From contig CM060733.1 in assembly GCA_030704615.1 (NCBI GenBank), positions 35,898,001-35,962,000 of the forward strand: a DNA stretch of 64,000 nucleotides, read 5' to 3'. The position numbers and the translations under genes are program-made. Shown here one piece after another: positions 1 through 14,100 of the stretch. Below the pieces are notes generated by a model, which was not told the origin of the DNA, made no database searches, and worked only from the letters and a program-made list of their open reading frames with translations. Numbering within the stretch: the first letter of the stretch is position 1; each line of letters begins with the position of its first letter. The stretch comes from Takakia lepidozioides. Taxonomy: Eukaryota; Plantae; Bryophyta.

Positions 1-126
1 CACAAAAAAAAAAAAAAAAAAGTGGACCTATTAGAATTTACACTTATCCAGAGGTAGATAATCTTTGAAATTTTAATTTACCCTACCAGGAGGGTAAGCA
101 AAAATCTATTTACCCGCACAACACTG
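1..126. mobile_element. Right end of a non-autonomous hAT-like element (runs off the left edge)
   Basis: 111-126 TACCCGCACAACACTG is the exact reverse complement of the left TIR CAGTGTTGTGCGGGTA at 42750; the same TACCC/GGGTA subterminal motifs occur upstream. Confidence 0.7.
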
Positions 127-397
127 CTTAGAAGTTCAAACCTGGATAACATTCTGCTGCAAATGGTAATTGTATCTACTTGCCAATCGTGGATACTTCA
201 AGTTTGTGATCAGTTACTTGCATTTGGTGTGCCTCCAAGGTGGGAAAGGTCTTCTTGTCCCGCATTGCTAGCACAAGCAGACTTGAAAAACTGGAATCTC
301 CGTCGCAGTCAGTGTGCTGTCAAAGTTGAATGCTGTTGCATGTGCATCAGCATATAATTGATTGAATTGTGGCTCTATCCAAGTGTCTAGCACTAAG

Positions 398-3300
398 TCA
401 AAAGCTAACTGCCACCGAGGTCGATAAACTGACCCCATCTACTCGATATGGGCTGTCATTGCAATTGTCATCAATACCCTCTGCCAATGCCGATTTTTTT
501 ACCTGCATTTTCGAATCTTCTTCTTGCTTGTCTATGCTCCCAGTCTCTATGAAACACGAACCATCTAATCCAGACACACTTGTTTCTGCAGTTGGAGTAG
601 TTGCGTTACTTGAGATGTCAGTCTCTGGTGCAGATGGAGTGTGCTTGCTCAGAGACTGTCATCATAAACACAGAATAAGTTTGCACCCTGTTACGGAAAC
701 TCTCAACGAAAAATCCAAAAGCACTCAATCAAAGCAGTCTACTCTGATACATGCCACATTAGTGACTGTGTGTCAGAATGGTTCCAGCAGACTCCATCTG
801 AATCCTCTACTTGAAAGACCTATACATGGATTTCACCAGCTCTCTATTGAATGACAATTTCTCCTAAATCAGAGCAGACCCACACAATATTCTTGCATAG
901 AGACCTCAAAGGGAGGCACTCTCTCAAGCCAACAATTCCTCGTGAATAGAGCACTTGTCTTGCCCATGAAATAAACTTGGTGGTTGACCTAGTAATTGCA
1001 TTGAGATCCAAAACAGCACTTATCACTTAAGGATGGCAGAATAGGTGGAGACAAACCTGATTTAAAGTGGCATCAATTTCAAGTTCTAATCGCCGCACAT
1101 CATCCAATGTGAGACCAAACCAATCATCAATCCAACCAAAGCACCGCCTGTGACTTTCCATGAATAATGCTCTTTCCCCCTGCACATATGACAATATATA
1201 ACACTGTCACTCCACTGTACTATCTCCAGCCGAAACAGCAGCTGAATTACGTGTAGCAGGTGCCAACCCCCTCTCTCATTTGAAAAGTATCTGGAGGGAG
1301 CATTTGAATCTTGAAGCCTGGTCCATTCCTGTCCCATAAGCTGTATGCGCATAAACTGAAGCCATAAAGTTGTCTCTCTCTCGCTCTCGCGTGGAAGGAA
1401 GTTACTTTCTGAACTTGTTTCCAGTCTGTGACATAGGCAAGGACTCTATTTCTTTGAAGCAAGACCATCCTGTAAACAGGCTGAAGTCCTTGGCACTACA
1501 CAGAAATTTAAACTCAGGGTGGGGAGCCTACCTTTGAACAGTACACAGATGCAGAGAGGAACAGGAGATTGTAATTGCCCAATATGCAGGCAGCCTGAAG
1601 ACAATACCCATTTTCTGATACAGTGGCCGGGTATTCTCATCAGAGAGTGACCCTCTTCAGGAATATCAAGAACATTGTTCCTGCACCTCTGTTCTCCAAC
1701 CTTGAAAATCTTGAGGCTGAGCCTAAGGCCCTACCCTGCTGGGGTCTAATTGCTGGGCAGCTCACACACACAGGATTGATGCTTGTGTGAAGGGTTTTCT
1801 AGAGGATATCTGGAAAGACCGAACTATGTAATTATACCAAGGTAAGTCCCACTACTGGAGTGAGCCCCACACAAAGGTAGTATCCTCTTGTTCCACCCAA
1901 ACTGGGCAAGGGGTGTATGGCCACAAGGCTGCGGCAAACAACGTCTCTCTCTCCCGAGTGAGTGCATTTCCTTTCCTGCCTAATAATGGCATGTCCGAGC
2001 TTCTTCTCATATTCCCAATAAAGCCCAAAAAAGATGCACATTTGGTGTTAGTGTGTAGAGAGAGAAACACAACGATTTCACCCTCAACTTGAGAAGCTTA
2101 CCCCCAGGACAGCCTGCTCCAGCCTGTAGCCAAAACCCCAATAGGGAGCATCCACAGTAACGAGCTTGTATGCTGTCATAATTGGGGAACATGTGTCCTG
2201 CACACATTGGTCAATCCATCATGGACTAGCAGTCAGGTGAGAAAATGGATCCTTAATCTTTTCAAATTTTCATGCCCCACTGTTGAGGGGTCTGATCCAA
2301 AGTGCAAGGTTTTAGCATCACTTTTTTCAATCAGACAGAGAAATAACAGATTAACCAATAAAAAAGTGAAGGAAAAGTATTACTAGTGATTCTGGATCAT
2401 TAGGATCTTGGGTTTCTAGGATGAATCTCTGGACCACTGTCGTGCTTCTTTACCCTGAAGATGCTTCATTCAAACGGGTCAGACCCTTACGTATTCTACA
2501 GAAAAACGCTGTTTGAGCTCACAATACCGTAATCAAAGCATTAGTTCCAAAAGCATGATGGCAGTCACCTTTCTGAGGTCATCAATACATGTATTAAAAT
2601 TGATTGAGATCACAGTCACCTACAAGGCCAGACCTTCAGGATGACAAGGCCTGGGGTAAGACCCTCTCACAGAGAATATGAACAAGCTCAAATCAGAACT
2701 GTCCAATAGAACTTGAGATATTTGGCATCCTGCAGTCATATAAAGGAGGTGCCCCTATAATCACACATGGGAGGTCTAACAAACAAATAACAGTGTCACT
2801 GTTCTTGATAGTACATCAGACACATAGCAGAGTAGTGAGCACAGACCTGCCATCCGGGTCTGAGAGGTCCACGTCCTGATTTCACCGAATGAAAATTTGT
2901 GAGGTCAACATTGGGACCACCAATGATATAGCTCCAGTAGTCTTTTGCACCTGTTGCTATATCCACGAAGTCCACCTTTCTTAATGCTAGGCCGTCGGCG
3001 TCCAAATTGTGTACCTGCAAGACACAGATTTGAGAGAAAAGAATAGACACAGTTTTGTTGCCCCTTGGGGCTCTGGTCGACTTTCTCAGCTAGTGCAAGG
3101 TTCTCTATTCAAGCGCTTGATTTACAATACTGCACCCATTCCTTGATCAAAATGTGAGGAGCGGGGGATGCATAAGAAAGAAAACTAAGGAAAAGTAATA
3201 CTGTCCTCATGTGTTCCCAAAATGCCAAGTAACAACAAAGTGCCCTATTGACAAGAGACCCATTGGCAAAGGCTCCAACACCAAGAGAGAAAAAATATGT

Positions 3301-6133
3301 TGGGACATGCAAAAGTAACAGGGATTGGAAACCTGGAGAGCTTTCTTCTAAAGCTGAACTTGGAGGGGAAGTTCACATGTACAGGTAATCACTCACATTA
3401 GGGCAGCAGCCATTATCAGCAACATGGAGAGTCTCAATCGTAAGCTTGAACCTGGTGAAGTATGGACACTACACACCACCCATGTCAACCACCCCTCAAT
3501 CTACCAGCAACAAATGACAAAGCCTAACCAAAGCCCCAGGTTGATTGTGGTGTCCAGTTTCTGTGCCACTTAAAAGGCCTCACCCGTTTCACAATGGCAT
3601 TGCGAAACTATAGTGTTCTCCCAAAGTTTCATTCAATATTCATGACATGATCAAGGCTGGTTTACATGTGGGCAAAGTAATAGTAACGACAAACCTTGAG
3701 CACTGGCAGGTGCAGAACAGATTGAGGAGGCCACCATGACATGCACAAAAACCAGGGAGCCCCAATCAGATACTTTAGCCACAGAAAAGCTTTACTCATA
3801 TACCAAACTTGAATTACCAGCAACAATGTGACATGGAGAAGCTCAACCATGCGGTTCGCTAGTTGTCAGTAAGCTTTGGTCCAGCAAGCTCCCGACTGAC
3901 TAAGGTCATCTCGACATATAGGTTACCGCCACTTTGGGCACCTAACAACAGTTTCACTCCAAAAATTTCTAAATGGGTAATCTTTGTAAAAAACACACTC
4001 CATATCATTACCTTCAACAATAATCCTCCCCATGCAATTATCATCTTACAGAGAAAAAGTATAGGAAAAAGTTGTGCGATGAAACACACATTTTCACAAT
4101 CAATCGGCCATCATTTCTAATCATTATTTGTACTCTATCCATACAGTTTCATCACAAAATGTGTCGTTCCACGTAGGCCAAAAAACTAAGGGGAATACTG
4201 GTCGGTAGATGAGGCCAGAAAGAATAAACAGACTGAAGGAGATCAGACAAGAGCTTTACCTGTTTTGCATTTGGGGAAAGCATTCCAAGCCTCCTCCTCA
4301 ATCACTAAAGAGTTGGTGGGAGCAAACATGGCCAACCAGGAAGGAGCCTTGCTGCACCATGGTCATATGCATCCGAGGCGATCCCCACACATCAATATGC
4401 ACAGTCAGACTCCAGAGTGGATGTGAGGTTGCAACATTGTAGATGCAGAATTTGTGGACAGTCACACTACTAACCCCACAAAGAAACCCCGTCCTCCAGC
4501 TCTCAGAGTAGGGTGCTTTTCTCTGAACAGTAAACAGCAGGCATTCTGCTGTGAGTGAATTGGCTTTACAAGCATGAACAAATGGCAAGAAAGTCTACTG
4601 AATACCTCTCTCTCATACACCAAGCACTCCGTAATATCCTTGTAGAAGGCTTCACTTTAAACCCCTGACCCCACCTCTCTGCGTCACCCATTGATCAACA
4701 CTGCTATTGAGACTAATCTGATGAGTTTATTGATTTGCATCTTAGAAGCCCACAGTGGAGTTCCAAGCAAAAAGTGAAGTCTAGTTTGTGCTTGGGGCCA
4801 ACTCCTGCAATAGTTTCAGAGTTCAACTGGCCCATTCTCTTGGATGTGCATGCCCAAAAAATATGAAGGCTTGAAAGGCCACAGAAAGGTGTCTCCAAAA
4901 TCTTCACTATGTTTCAAGACAGCATGTGCACCTCATAGACTCTCAGAATACTTCCTTGTTGCACAGGTTCACCCGCTGTTTCATTTAAACTACATGATGT
5001 GGTTGAGGATATTTTCTGGCTCAAACCCTACTTTTATCATAAGTAGACTTGGAGGGTGTCTATAACAATCCTTCAGCACACCCTACAGCCCTGATTACAA
5101 AGGTCTAAATGGTGGCTGTACCACACTGGTTACAATACTCTTGTGGTATGTGTACCTTTGCAAATAGTAAATTTTGGAGGTGTATTGACCCTGCCCAAAT
5201 TCCTCATTCTCGAATGGTGTGTTGGCCAAGACTTCAACTCCCTCGGCCCCTGAGGTCTGCTGCTCTTGCATCTTGGTTACCATATACATTTGAGCTATCC
5301 TGTACTGCAGCCCACCACAACCCTAAGTCGATGAGCTCCAACTTTATTCTTGCCTTCAATTTGTGAACGGGACAAATTAACCTATGACGAAGATTGTAGA
5401 GGCTATCCTCATAACTATCCAGGGGCTTGTCCTGAAGCAGTGGCTGAAAGTGTCAACCATATTTCAACTTTAGTGGCAGTATGCCACTGGTAGCTATGAC
5501 GGAAGAACACGGTCTGATATATACGAATACACAGTAGCTTGATTCTTTTGGGTGTTCTCCAAGGCATCAAGGGAAATGAAATGAAATGGTGCTTTATAAC
5601 GTGAGTGAGAGACCAGTAAGGGCAGATGTTCTTCAGGTAGCTGGGGTCTAGCAGGTAATTCTCAACCAAAGGAATAATGGGCCAGTAACTCAAACATGAT
5701 TCATGGGCATTTTTTGGACAAGCTTTTATACTACATGGAATCAACAAACATAAGAGGTAGAAACACTCACCTCTTCTAGAGACAAAGGCATCACCACCCG
5801 GCTGTACACCACCCGCAATCCCTGGTCAAGGATGTTACATCTCTCTCTCACGCTCTCACGAAGAAAAAGGGATGCCTCTTATACGATGGTTGATTCGGTG
5901 CACTCAAACACAATTACCTGCTTTATTTCTTAACGGCGCAATCACACACAGTAAAGTAGGATCCGAGTAGTGATACAACTGGTGGGTGCAGTGAGATATG
6001 GTGTCCAACTTTAAACTTGCAAGTGGCCATAGCACAGATCGACATGGTTGCTAATTCACACAATAAATACCGCAGTGTTGGCATCCTCTCGGTGTCTATT
6101 GTCAAGAGGATACAATTCCATCATTTGCACCAT
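398..6133 (-). CDS. START-fold (class I, IP_trans-type) phosphatidylinositol transfer protein, ~338 aa; exons 6114-6133, 5771-5801, 5156-5304, 4260-4351, 3695-3702, 3397-3468, 2847-3014, 2102-2197, 1057-1179, 398-655
   Basis: All introns are GT-AG with consistent phases. The spliced protein MVQMMEFRVVMPLSLEEYRIAQMYMVTKMQEQQTSGAEGVEVLANTPFENEEFGQGQYTSKIYYLQSKAPSW...EEAWNAFPKCKTVLKCPYF...GRGPLRPGWQ...MTAYKLV...HRRCFGWIDDWFGLTLDDVRRLE carries hallmark PITP motifs. The last exon (low-complexity tail) is the least certain. Confidence 0.93.
1383..1946 (+). mobile_element. 5'-truncated LINE 3' end (RTE-X-like, C-terminal CCHC region) in a PITP intron
   Basis: Homologous to copies at 14687-15401, 22646-22822 and 62065-62310 (shared AAACTCAGGG..G.AG.CTACCTTTGAACAG); ends GGCAAACAACGTCT followed by (CT)n; GTCTCTCTCTC at both 1372-1382 and 1943-1953. 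Confidence 0.75.
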
Positions 6134-6949
6134 GATAAATGTCGACGGCGGACACCCTTTCAGTATCCAGCGATTTTCTCCCTATTCACCACGTGATGAA
6201 TCTTTGCAAGGAATAGCAGGGATCCCCACCAAACCGCAACGGCTATAGCAATCAGTTTAATTCCTTCTGCACTTGGTCGCGCATATGATTTCTGCTCCTT
6301 TCAAACAACTCAAATTCTCCACCCCCGTATCAAACTCGCCCACATCTCGGTCATCGACTCTGAGAAGTGCAATGCAGGTTTAGCAACGTTCGAAAAGAGA
6401 TATATGACAGGCACGTTAAAGACCTGGGATTGAAACAGAGAGAGAAAAGATTGAAACTCGCACGTTCTGCCCTTGAAGGAGACCAAGTGGTGGAACCAGA
6501 TCGTCACAAGACCCAAAGAACCCAACTCTGCAACAGTGCTGAAAGAGCAACAAAGGGGACATGAAGAGGAAGGAAACAACAATGAATTCTGGGTCTTCAA
6601 GGTTGCGGGTTACAAGCCACCATCGCACTTGAAAATCACGCAAAGACTGCGAAGAGCGCAAGCAATTCATGAAAACGGGCACTCGCAGAGAATCCACGAG
6701 GAAGCGGGATTTAGTGCTGATCAACTTGTTTAGTGCTTGATTTAGTTAATTACATCTACGTGTCCCGTGCACAAAGCATGAGGATATTCTAGGGTACTCC
6801 TTTTTGAAAAACGATTAAAGTATGTCTGAACATGTCAAGCTCTTCCTCCCCGCTTCCTCCATTCAGCAGCGTGGAGGAGGTCGAGGAGTGCTAAGCACCC
6901 TGCATCCACTTGACGAACCTGACTACTCGCAGCCTGCTTCTCGAAACTG

Positions 6950-7790
6950 ATGGATTATTCACTGAAGACTTTCTTTGAGACGAATGATTTGGGCGTTTGC
7001 AGTTGGTTGAAAGTATCACCTGCATCGCGACCTTTCACAATTGGGAACAACATTCGAGCCCATCAAGGGTTCGTTTGCTTATCTGGGTCGGTTGGGTGGA
7101 GTCTTGTCCGCATCCCCTTCCCAGTTGGTGGGATGATGTTTCATATGCAGGCAGAGAGATGGTGATCACCCCGAAGGGCCTGTGGATATGAAACTGGAAA
7201 AGTTGTTACAGTTTTCCGCTGAAGGTGTGTATGAGGAGCCATCGACGGGACTGATGCAGTTGGTGGGTTGTTTGCCCTCTTCTCGTGACATGTTCAATCC
7301 AACAAGCTTGTTAAAAGTACTGCCGGAACAGAGAATATATACGACAGCCGCGTCTACGTTGAGGTTCAGCAACCCTGAGCAGGTTAAGTTGACAATGACC
7401 GTGAAGAGCACCAGGTTGCCAACCGACCCACTTTATTTCGGGGGCATGGAGATTAAGGTGAAGAAACTTATGTGGGGTAAAAACAACTGCAGGACTAAGG
7501 GCTGAAATCAGAGCACGGATGCCGGAGATTCTTTGTATCCTAAGAAACAAGGAGGACTGCGTTTTCGTGTCGCTGCCAATGCTTGGGCTTCAAAACCGTC
7601 AACTCCTTCGCTCATAGCCTCGTTTTCTGGATTTTGTTGAGTGTGTAGAATCTGCAGATGGCTTCAATTGAATCTCTTTGAATGTGAATAGTGTATTGTG
7701 ACAAGAAGGGGTATAGTCACTAAGTGCTAAAACTAGGATGAAATCCGCCTTCTAGGACAAAGACTATAGTCTGTGAAAAACAGGGAGCAG
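6950..7790 (+). pseudogene. DUF2921-family plant membrane protein pseudogene fragment
   Basis: Motifs FSAEGVYEEPSTGLMQLVGC, VKSTRLPTDPLYF and downstream FVSLPMLGLQ resemble the DUF2921 patterns AEGxYD..GxLCMVGC / STR..DPLYF / FISLVMLGVQ. Multiple stops and frameshifts; truncated by copia sequence. Boundaries approximate. Confidence 0.55.
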
Positions 7791-7989
7791 CCCCCCAAGG
7801 GGAAAGGAGTAGAAACAGGCCGTCGTGTCCATCAGTGAAAACAAGTTGTCAAGCTTGTGTGTACGAGCAAGCTATTTTTGCTCGTGGGTTCTCGTTAACT
7901 GAGAGTCAGATCACTCTCTGCCACAAGTCGCTGAACTTGTGCAAGTTTAAATTTTTGTTTTTCTGGTCAGTGGAGTCGGTCCTCGTAGC

Positions 7990-10900
7990 ATGGCTGACAA
8001 TAAGGACTTGGGAAACATCAGGAAATTCTCCGGACAGAATTTCAGCTGATGGATGTAGACCCCAAAACCTGCATCGTCGAATACAAAGATGGATAAAAAA
8101 AGACAATCAGGCAGTCCATCTCTTGTGTCAGGCTGTTGAGGAGAAGATCTTGAAGTATGTCATGAGTTGCAAGACCTCAAAAGCCATCTGGGACATGTTG
8201 GTCGAGGTGCATGATCAACATTCCCATGAAAGCATTCGTCACTCTCTGCAGCGCTTCTTTGACATCACTATGGACGATAGTGATAGCATAGCTGATTTCC
8301 TTGGCAAGATTGAGGAAGCATGAGGTGAGCTCACAAATCTTGGAGACAACACCGTCATCAACACCGTCATGGCCAAGATTCTCAGCCAGCTACCTGCTTC
8401 ATATGGTCCGTTCCAATCCTCATGGGAGAATGTGCCAACTGCATAGCGAACCATCAGTGTCATGATGGGAAGGCTGATTAGAAAAGAAGCTCACATGCGT
8501 GACCTGGATCACCGAAGCGCCAACAAGGAGGGAGGAGCCACAGCCTACACGGCCACTTTCAAGCCCAAGGGTGGGTCACCATCTGCGAAGCCGCAGCTCA
8601 CTCCAGAACAATGAGAAAAGCGCAGGCAGGAGATGCAGACGTAAGAAAGTTACTGCATGTTGGAATTGTGGGGAGACAGGACATTGAGAATGCACCAAAG
8701 AGAAGAAAGAGGAATCAAAGGGAGCATCTGGCGGAAAGACTCTCCGAGCGTTCATGGCCTCTGCTTCGGGGCCCTGCTCTGAAAATTGGTACGTTGATAG
8801 TTGTTGCTCGCAACACACGACTCAAACCAGAGAGTGGTTTTCTACTTATCGTGACATCTCAAGCGAGAGGCAGCCGGTAGAAGGAATTGGAGGAGTGGTA
8901 CTTTATGCCCCAAGGAGTGGGTGACATAGCATTCAGAACCTGGGTCGACGGGCAAGAGCATCACGGTGTCTTGAAGGACAATGTTTACATTCCAAAATTG
9001 GGTCGAAACTTGTTCTCGACCTCTCGAGGGGTTCAGCGCGGGATTGATATACTTCACACCCAAGGTGGTTGCCACTTGATGGCTGGAGGGGAGGTTGTAA
9101 TGCGTGGCATTGAGGAGTGCGGTATTTACAGGCTCCTTATCTCTGTCGTCTTGCCATCATAATCCAACAACCATAGTGCTTTCCCAAGGTGATTGGAGTG
9201 CAGACAAAAAAGGATAGCATCCAAAATATTGATATTTGGCATCTGCGACTTGGTCACGTTCATCATCAGATGATTAGAGATATGGAGGCTAAGGACATGG
9301 TTGATGGGCTGATTATCAATGGAAGAAGCCAAAATCCATCCTTTTGCATGGGTTGTGCATATGGAAAGAATCACAAGGCACCTTTTCCCTGGAAAGATCA
9401 TCGTGAAAAGATTGAGATGATTGGTGACTTGGTCCGCTGTGACTTGCGCGGACCCATCAACGTGTCTCCAATAAGTGGGGCCAAGTATTTTGCCCTATTT
9501 AAAGACGACCACACTGGCTATCGGGTCATCTACTGTATTAAAGAGAAAACAGCGACAACAACTCTTGAGTGCCTGCGCCGGTTCCTAGGACAGATGATAC
9601 AAGAAACTGGGCATACCATAAAGATCCTCAGGTCTGATCGTGGTATGGAGTTTTGCAACGCTCAGTTTGAAGAGTTCTTGGTTGCAAAGAATATCAAGCA
9701 CGAGGTGACATGTGCTTACACCCCGGAACAAAATGGGGTGGCTGAAAGAGACAACCGCACCATCATTGAGTTGGTACGCAGCATGATCTATGCAAGCGAT
9801 GTTCATCCACTCGTGTGTTTGGTTCCAGTGCATATGTCCATATTCTTTCTGAGTTACGTAAGAAGATGGATCGGAAAAGTAAGCACTGCATACTCATGGG
9901 CTACAGTGAGACAAGTAAAGCCTACAGGCTGTGGGTCAATGTTTCTCATCACATCATTGAAAGCCGGGATGTACTTTTTGACGAGCTAAATTTGAATGGA
10001 GGCGACTGATTTGACCCGCCAGTTGACAGCTCCATTGTTCACTTGAGTGACCACGTTTTTGATCCGCCAGCTCAAGCAGTGGGAGTGCGCGCTAGAGCCT
10101 TGCCCCATGTTGCTACTGAGGTGGTACCTATGGAAGACTTGCCTCTTGTCGTCCAGCTCGGCATTCCCGAGAGCCCGGAGCGGCTTACACCACCTGATGT
10201 CACCACCTCTGGCGATGATGAGCCTCGCCACGAGGCACCAGTGAGAATTGATGCACCCGAGGCTGCCATCACCGGTGCACCCAGCATCACTCTCGAGCGT
10301 GATGCTCGCTCTCGCCACCCCCCCTCCCGTTTTGGCAATTGGGTGGTCCCTATTGGAAAAAGGGAGCTACACATGTAATGTTGCCACTACATGTGGTAAC
10401 GTCCCTGATGAACCCCTGACCGTTGACGAGGCCGTCACATCCCCAAAATGCGATGAGTGGATTTGTGCAATGCAAGATGAATATAATTCCCTGCTTGAGA
10501 ACGGGACTTGGATCTTACAAGATTTACCCAAAGGCCGCAAGGTTGTTCGCTCTAAGTGGGTTTTCAAAGTGAAGCTTGGCGCTGATGGTAGCGTTGCTCG
10601 ATTCAAGGCCGGGCTGGCGGCCAAAGGCTTCACTCAAAAGGAAGGTTTGGACTATATTGAGACTTTTAGTCCAGTTGTCAAGTTTGATTCTATCCGCACC
10701 ATCCTTTCTCTCGCAGTAGAAGAAGACATAGATATTACTCAATTTGATGTACGTACAGCTTTCCTGTATAAAGAAATTGATGAAGAAATTTATTTGGAGC
10801 AACCTGTTGGCTTCATCGATGTGGAGCATCCGCATAAAGTTTGCAGATTGGTGAAGGCCATTTACGGCCTCAAGCAATCTTTGAGAAGGTGGAATCGCAA

Positions 10901-11123
10901 GTTCAACCATTTTCTTATTACGTACAACCTGATTCCATCCACCGCCGACCCTTGTGTGTACGTGAGCAACACTGATCCCCGTTTAATCTTGTGCATTTCG
11001 GTGGATGATGGCCTTGCATGCAGCGTTCAAACCCACATGATCACGCAAGTCCTCATCGAGATGAAAGGTGTTTTTAGCATCACTGAGGGTCATCCTGAAA
11101 TGTATGTGGGGTTGCACATCACA
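7990..11123 (+). mobile_element. Ty1/copia retrotransposon, degenerate gag-protease-integrase-RT (5' part; no 5' LTR or PBS found)
   Basis: Gag start MADNKDLGNIRKFSGQNFS*W; zinc knuckle CWNCGETGH; protease WYVDS; GAG-pre-integrase WHLRLGH; integrase RSDRGMEF...YTPEQNGVAER; RT SKWVFKVK...QFDVRTAFL...YGLKQ...SVDD. Many stops. Cut at ...MYVGLHIT by CACTA at 11124. Confidence 0.92.
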
Positions 11124-14100
11124 CACTACAGGAAAAGGGGGGCCTTTGCGACGCCTGAGCCACGCCGCAGCGTCGGGAAAACGCCGATTTCGGGCAGGGG
11201 GCAGGCGCAGAATTTGCGACGCCCGGCAGTCGCATGGGCGTCGCCAAAATGACGTCGCAAAAATGCGACGTATGGGGGTCGCGAGCCCCCACCCTAACTC
11301 CCGCGACTGTCGGACGTCGCTTTTCAGGCCGTCCGCGCCAATGCCAGGGGCCTCCTTCGAGCAACGTCTCGCCGTCGCAGCCCTCCAGCCGACGGCGTTG
11401 GTGGGGGCGCCGGCGCGGCGTCGCATCCCATTTTTTTTTTTCTAACCTGCCCGGGAGTCCCATCCTAAAACCCAAAAACACGTGGCGTAAGCCGGGTGGT
11501 ACGCCAAGCGACGCCAGTGCGTCGCTGCAAGCGACTATTGGGCGTGGCAAAAAAAAAAACAGCAAGAGCAGGAGTCGGGCTCCGTCACGCCCGGGCGTGG
11601 GTTTTGGCGACGCTCTGGCGTCATTTTTTTTAATATTTAATCCAAAAAAAAAGACATGGCGCAGGCAGGGTGGCGGGCTACGCGACGCCAAGGCGTCGCG
11701 GCTTGCAACCCCTGGACCAAAAAAACACGTCGCAGGGGGTGTCGGGCGTTGTCGCCCACAAATGGGATTGGCGACGCCCGACTATCGCAGCTTGCGACCC
11801 CAGCTCAAAAAACACGTCGCCATTGGCAATGTCCTGCAGTCGCGAGGGCAGCCTGGTGGGGGGGGGGTTTGATTTTGGGGGTGAATTGGGGGTGGTTTTT
11901 TGTTTTTTGCCTGGTTTTGTTTTTGGGGATGGGAGACCTTACAGTTCCATTTCTCTGATTTAGCAGGTACACAATTGATTAAGCATGAATCGAGGGTAAG
12001 GACGGTGCAACACATGAATAAGATGGAAGATGAAAAGATGGAAATATATTTACAGGAAATGAGCTGAAAAGCTCACAAGGGTTCAGTAGGCTGACCCTGG
12101 GACCTACATGGACTAGGACTAATCATCCTCATCCTCATCCTCAGTGGAGGACTCAGAGCTATCCGATGAGCCTGATGACTCCACGCCCTTTGCCAGAGCA
12201 CCTAAATGAGGCGGCGTTCCCCTAAGTCCCACAGAGCTCTCATCCAATCCCTGGCCATGACCCCCGACCTCATCCATACTAGTGCCTTGTAGTGCACTCA
12301 TCCCCTCCGTATTGGCCATGTTCTTCATGAGGGATTGCCAACCATGCTCCTTGGCATAGTTGTACTCTACCGGAGATGGCTTCCTCTCAAACGCACGTTG
12401 CTACTGATGCCATAAATTAAAGTCAGTTCTTCGCGATGATGGAGCCAGAAAGAAGACATAACAAAATCCATAGGGAAGTACGACTTACAAAGCGCAAGAT
12501 AAAACCCTTGGATCCGTCGGCGCCCCACTTGTGTGTGGATTTGTGCTTGTCAAGGCGGACTGTTGTTGCTTCGCGTGCCCGGTCACATTTGGCCTTGTTT
12601 GCGGCATCAGTCTCTCCCGCAATGAGTGCATCCCATGATACCTATGCACCCCCCCCCCCCCCAACAATTAGTGAATTACACACATACGTTGCATCGAATC
12701 TACCTCATTAATGCACATGCGACAAATGGAAGGTGACATGATTCAGGATTTGCCAACCTGTGTAATTCCATAAGGTGGTTTGGGTATGGCTCCCTTTTCC
12801 ATTGCCCTCCGAATGATCTGTCTGGCACGGTACCTCCTGTCCTTCAAGTTTTGCCCCCACCATCTTCATCACCCTTGTGTCACTCCAATTGCCCGGAAAC
12901 CAGCGGTCTAACTCACGGGCATACGCCCGCTTTGCGCCTAAGTGTTGATCAGCCCACTCGATGTGCAAAGGGAACCACCTCAATGCGAGTTCGAAGGTTG
13001 GCTTCTTCATAGCCTCCTAGAACGCACCGTAGGGGTCAACAGGGCGATTCACCTCCACCGGTGGCACCACGATCTTTGCCAACTCCACGTCTTGTATCGC
13101 CAAGGGCATGTTCTTCTTCCCATCCTCTCCTTTCTTTGTAGCCTCCTTCCTCTGCTCCTTTGTTACCCCACTGCCCTCCCCCGCATGCACACTCACCCCT
13201 TCCTCTCCATGGGACTTCTTCTTTTTTTTCTTCTTTTCCTTCCCTTTCTCCACGACCATCTCATTCCCCTTCCCCGCTACTTCCTCTCTCTTCTTCTCCC
13301 TCTCCCTTCTCTGTCTCTCCTCGGCAGCCCCTTCATTGATAGTAAATGGGATCTCGGGAGGTCGAGGCCTCTTCTTCTTACCTTTGGTGTTCGGGTCCTT
13401 CATGAACACCACGTGCTCTCCCTCATTGGCAACCCCACTGGACTGCACCATTGAGGCCAGCCATGTTGCTACCTCCTGAAGACAAATAACCCCTCCAAAT
13501 TCAAAAAAAGAAACAAACAACAAAGAAAATCATTCATGCAAAGAAAAGGATAAAACATAGAACAAGGTGCGACAGTTGTACCTTTGCAAGCTTGTCCGAC
13601 TCGCCCCCGGTGTCACCTGATGTGGCAGGAGTCCCCGTTGCCGGATGTGCCCACTCTATCCCCTCCCGGAGCGCCACTGGAAGTAAATTCCAGATGTGGA
13701 GCATAGCCGGCGGCGGCGCCCCGTAGTCCAGACCCTTCTTTACTGACCGCTCAGGCTCAGGAGGCGGCGTCGCTGATCAGCTAGGTCGCTCCGAACCGGC
13801 CCATACCTCCTCCTCTCTCTCCCCCCCCCCCAAATGCATATCAGGGTAGAAACCCTCACCCGACTTGACTTCTTCGAGGCGCTTCGCTATCTTGGCCACT
13901 TCATTGGCCCTCCTCGTCTCCTCCTCCCTCATCGACAACAATGGGCTAGCAATGGATGCTTTCAAATGCCCTTGAACCTGACGTTGGCCTTGGCAAGTGC
14001 AGCCAGTGCTGCGGAGGAAGGGGTCGCTATGGGGGTGACATCCAAAAGTTGCCCATACCGGGCCCCAAACGGGTGATGTGCTTGCCAAGGTACATTTCAC

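Noticed and set aside
369-854. 161-aa plus-strand ORF
   Set aside because: It is the antisense shadow of the PITP last exon, starts at a non-ATG codon and has no domain features.
10983-12015. Several long overlapping ORFs (125-212 aa) on both strands
   Set aside because: They arise from GC-rich CACTA subterminal repeats and show no protein motifs.
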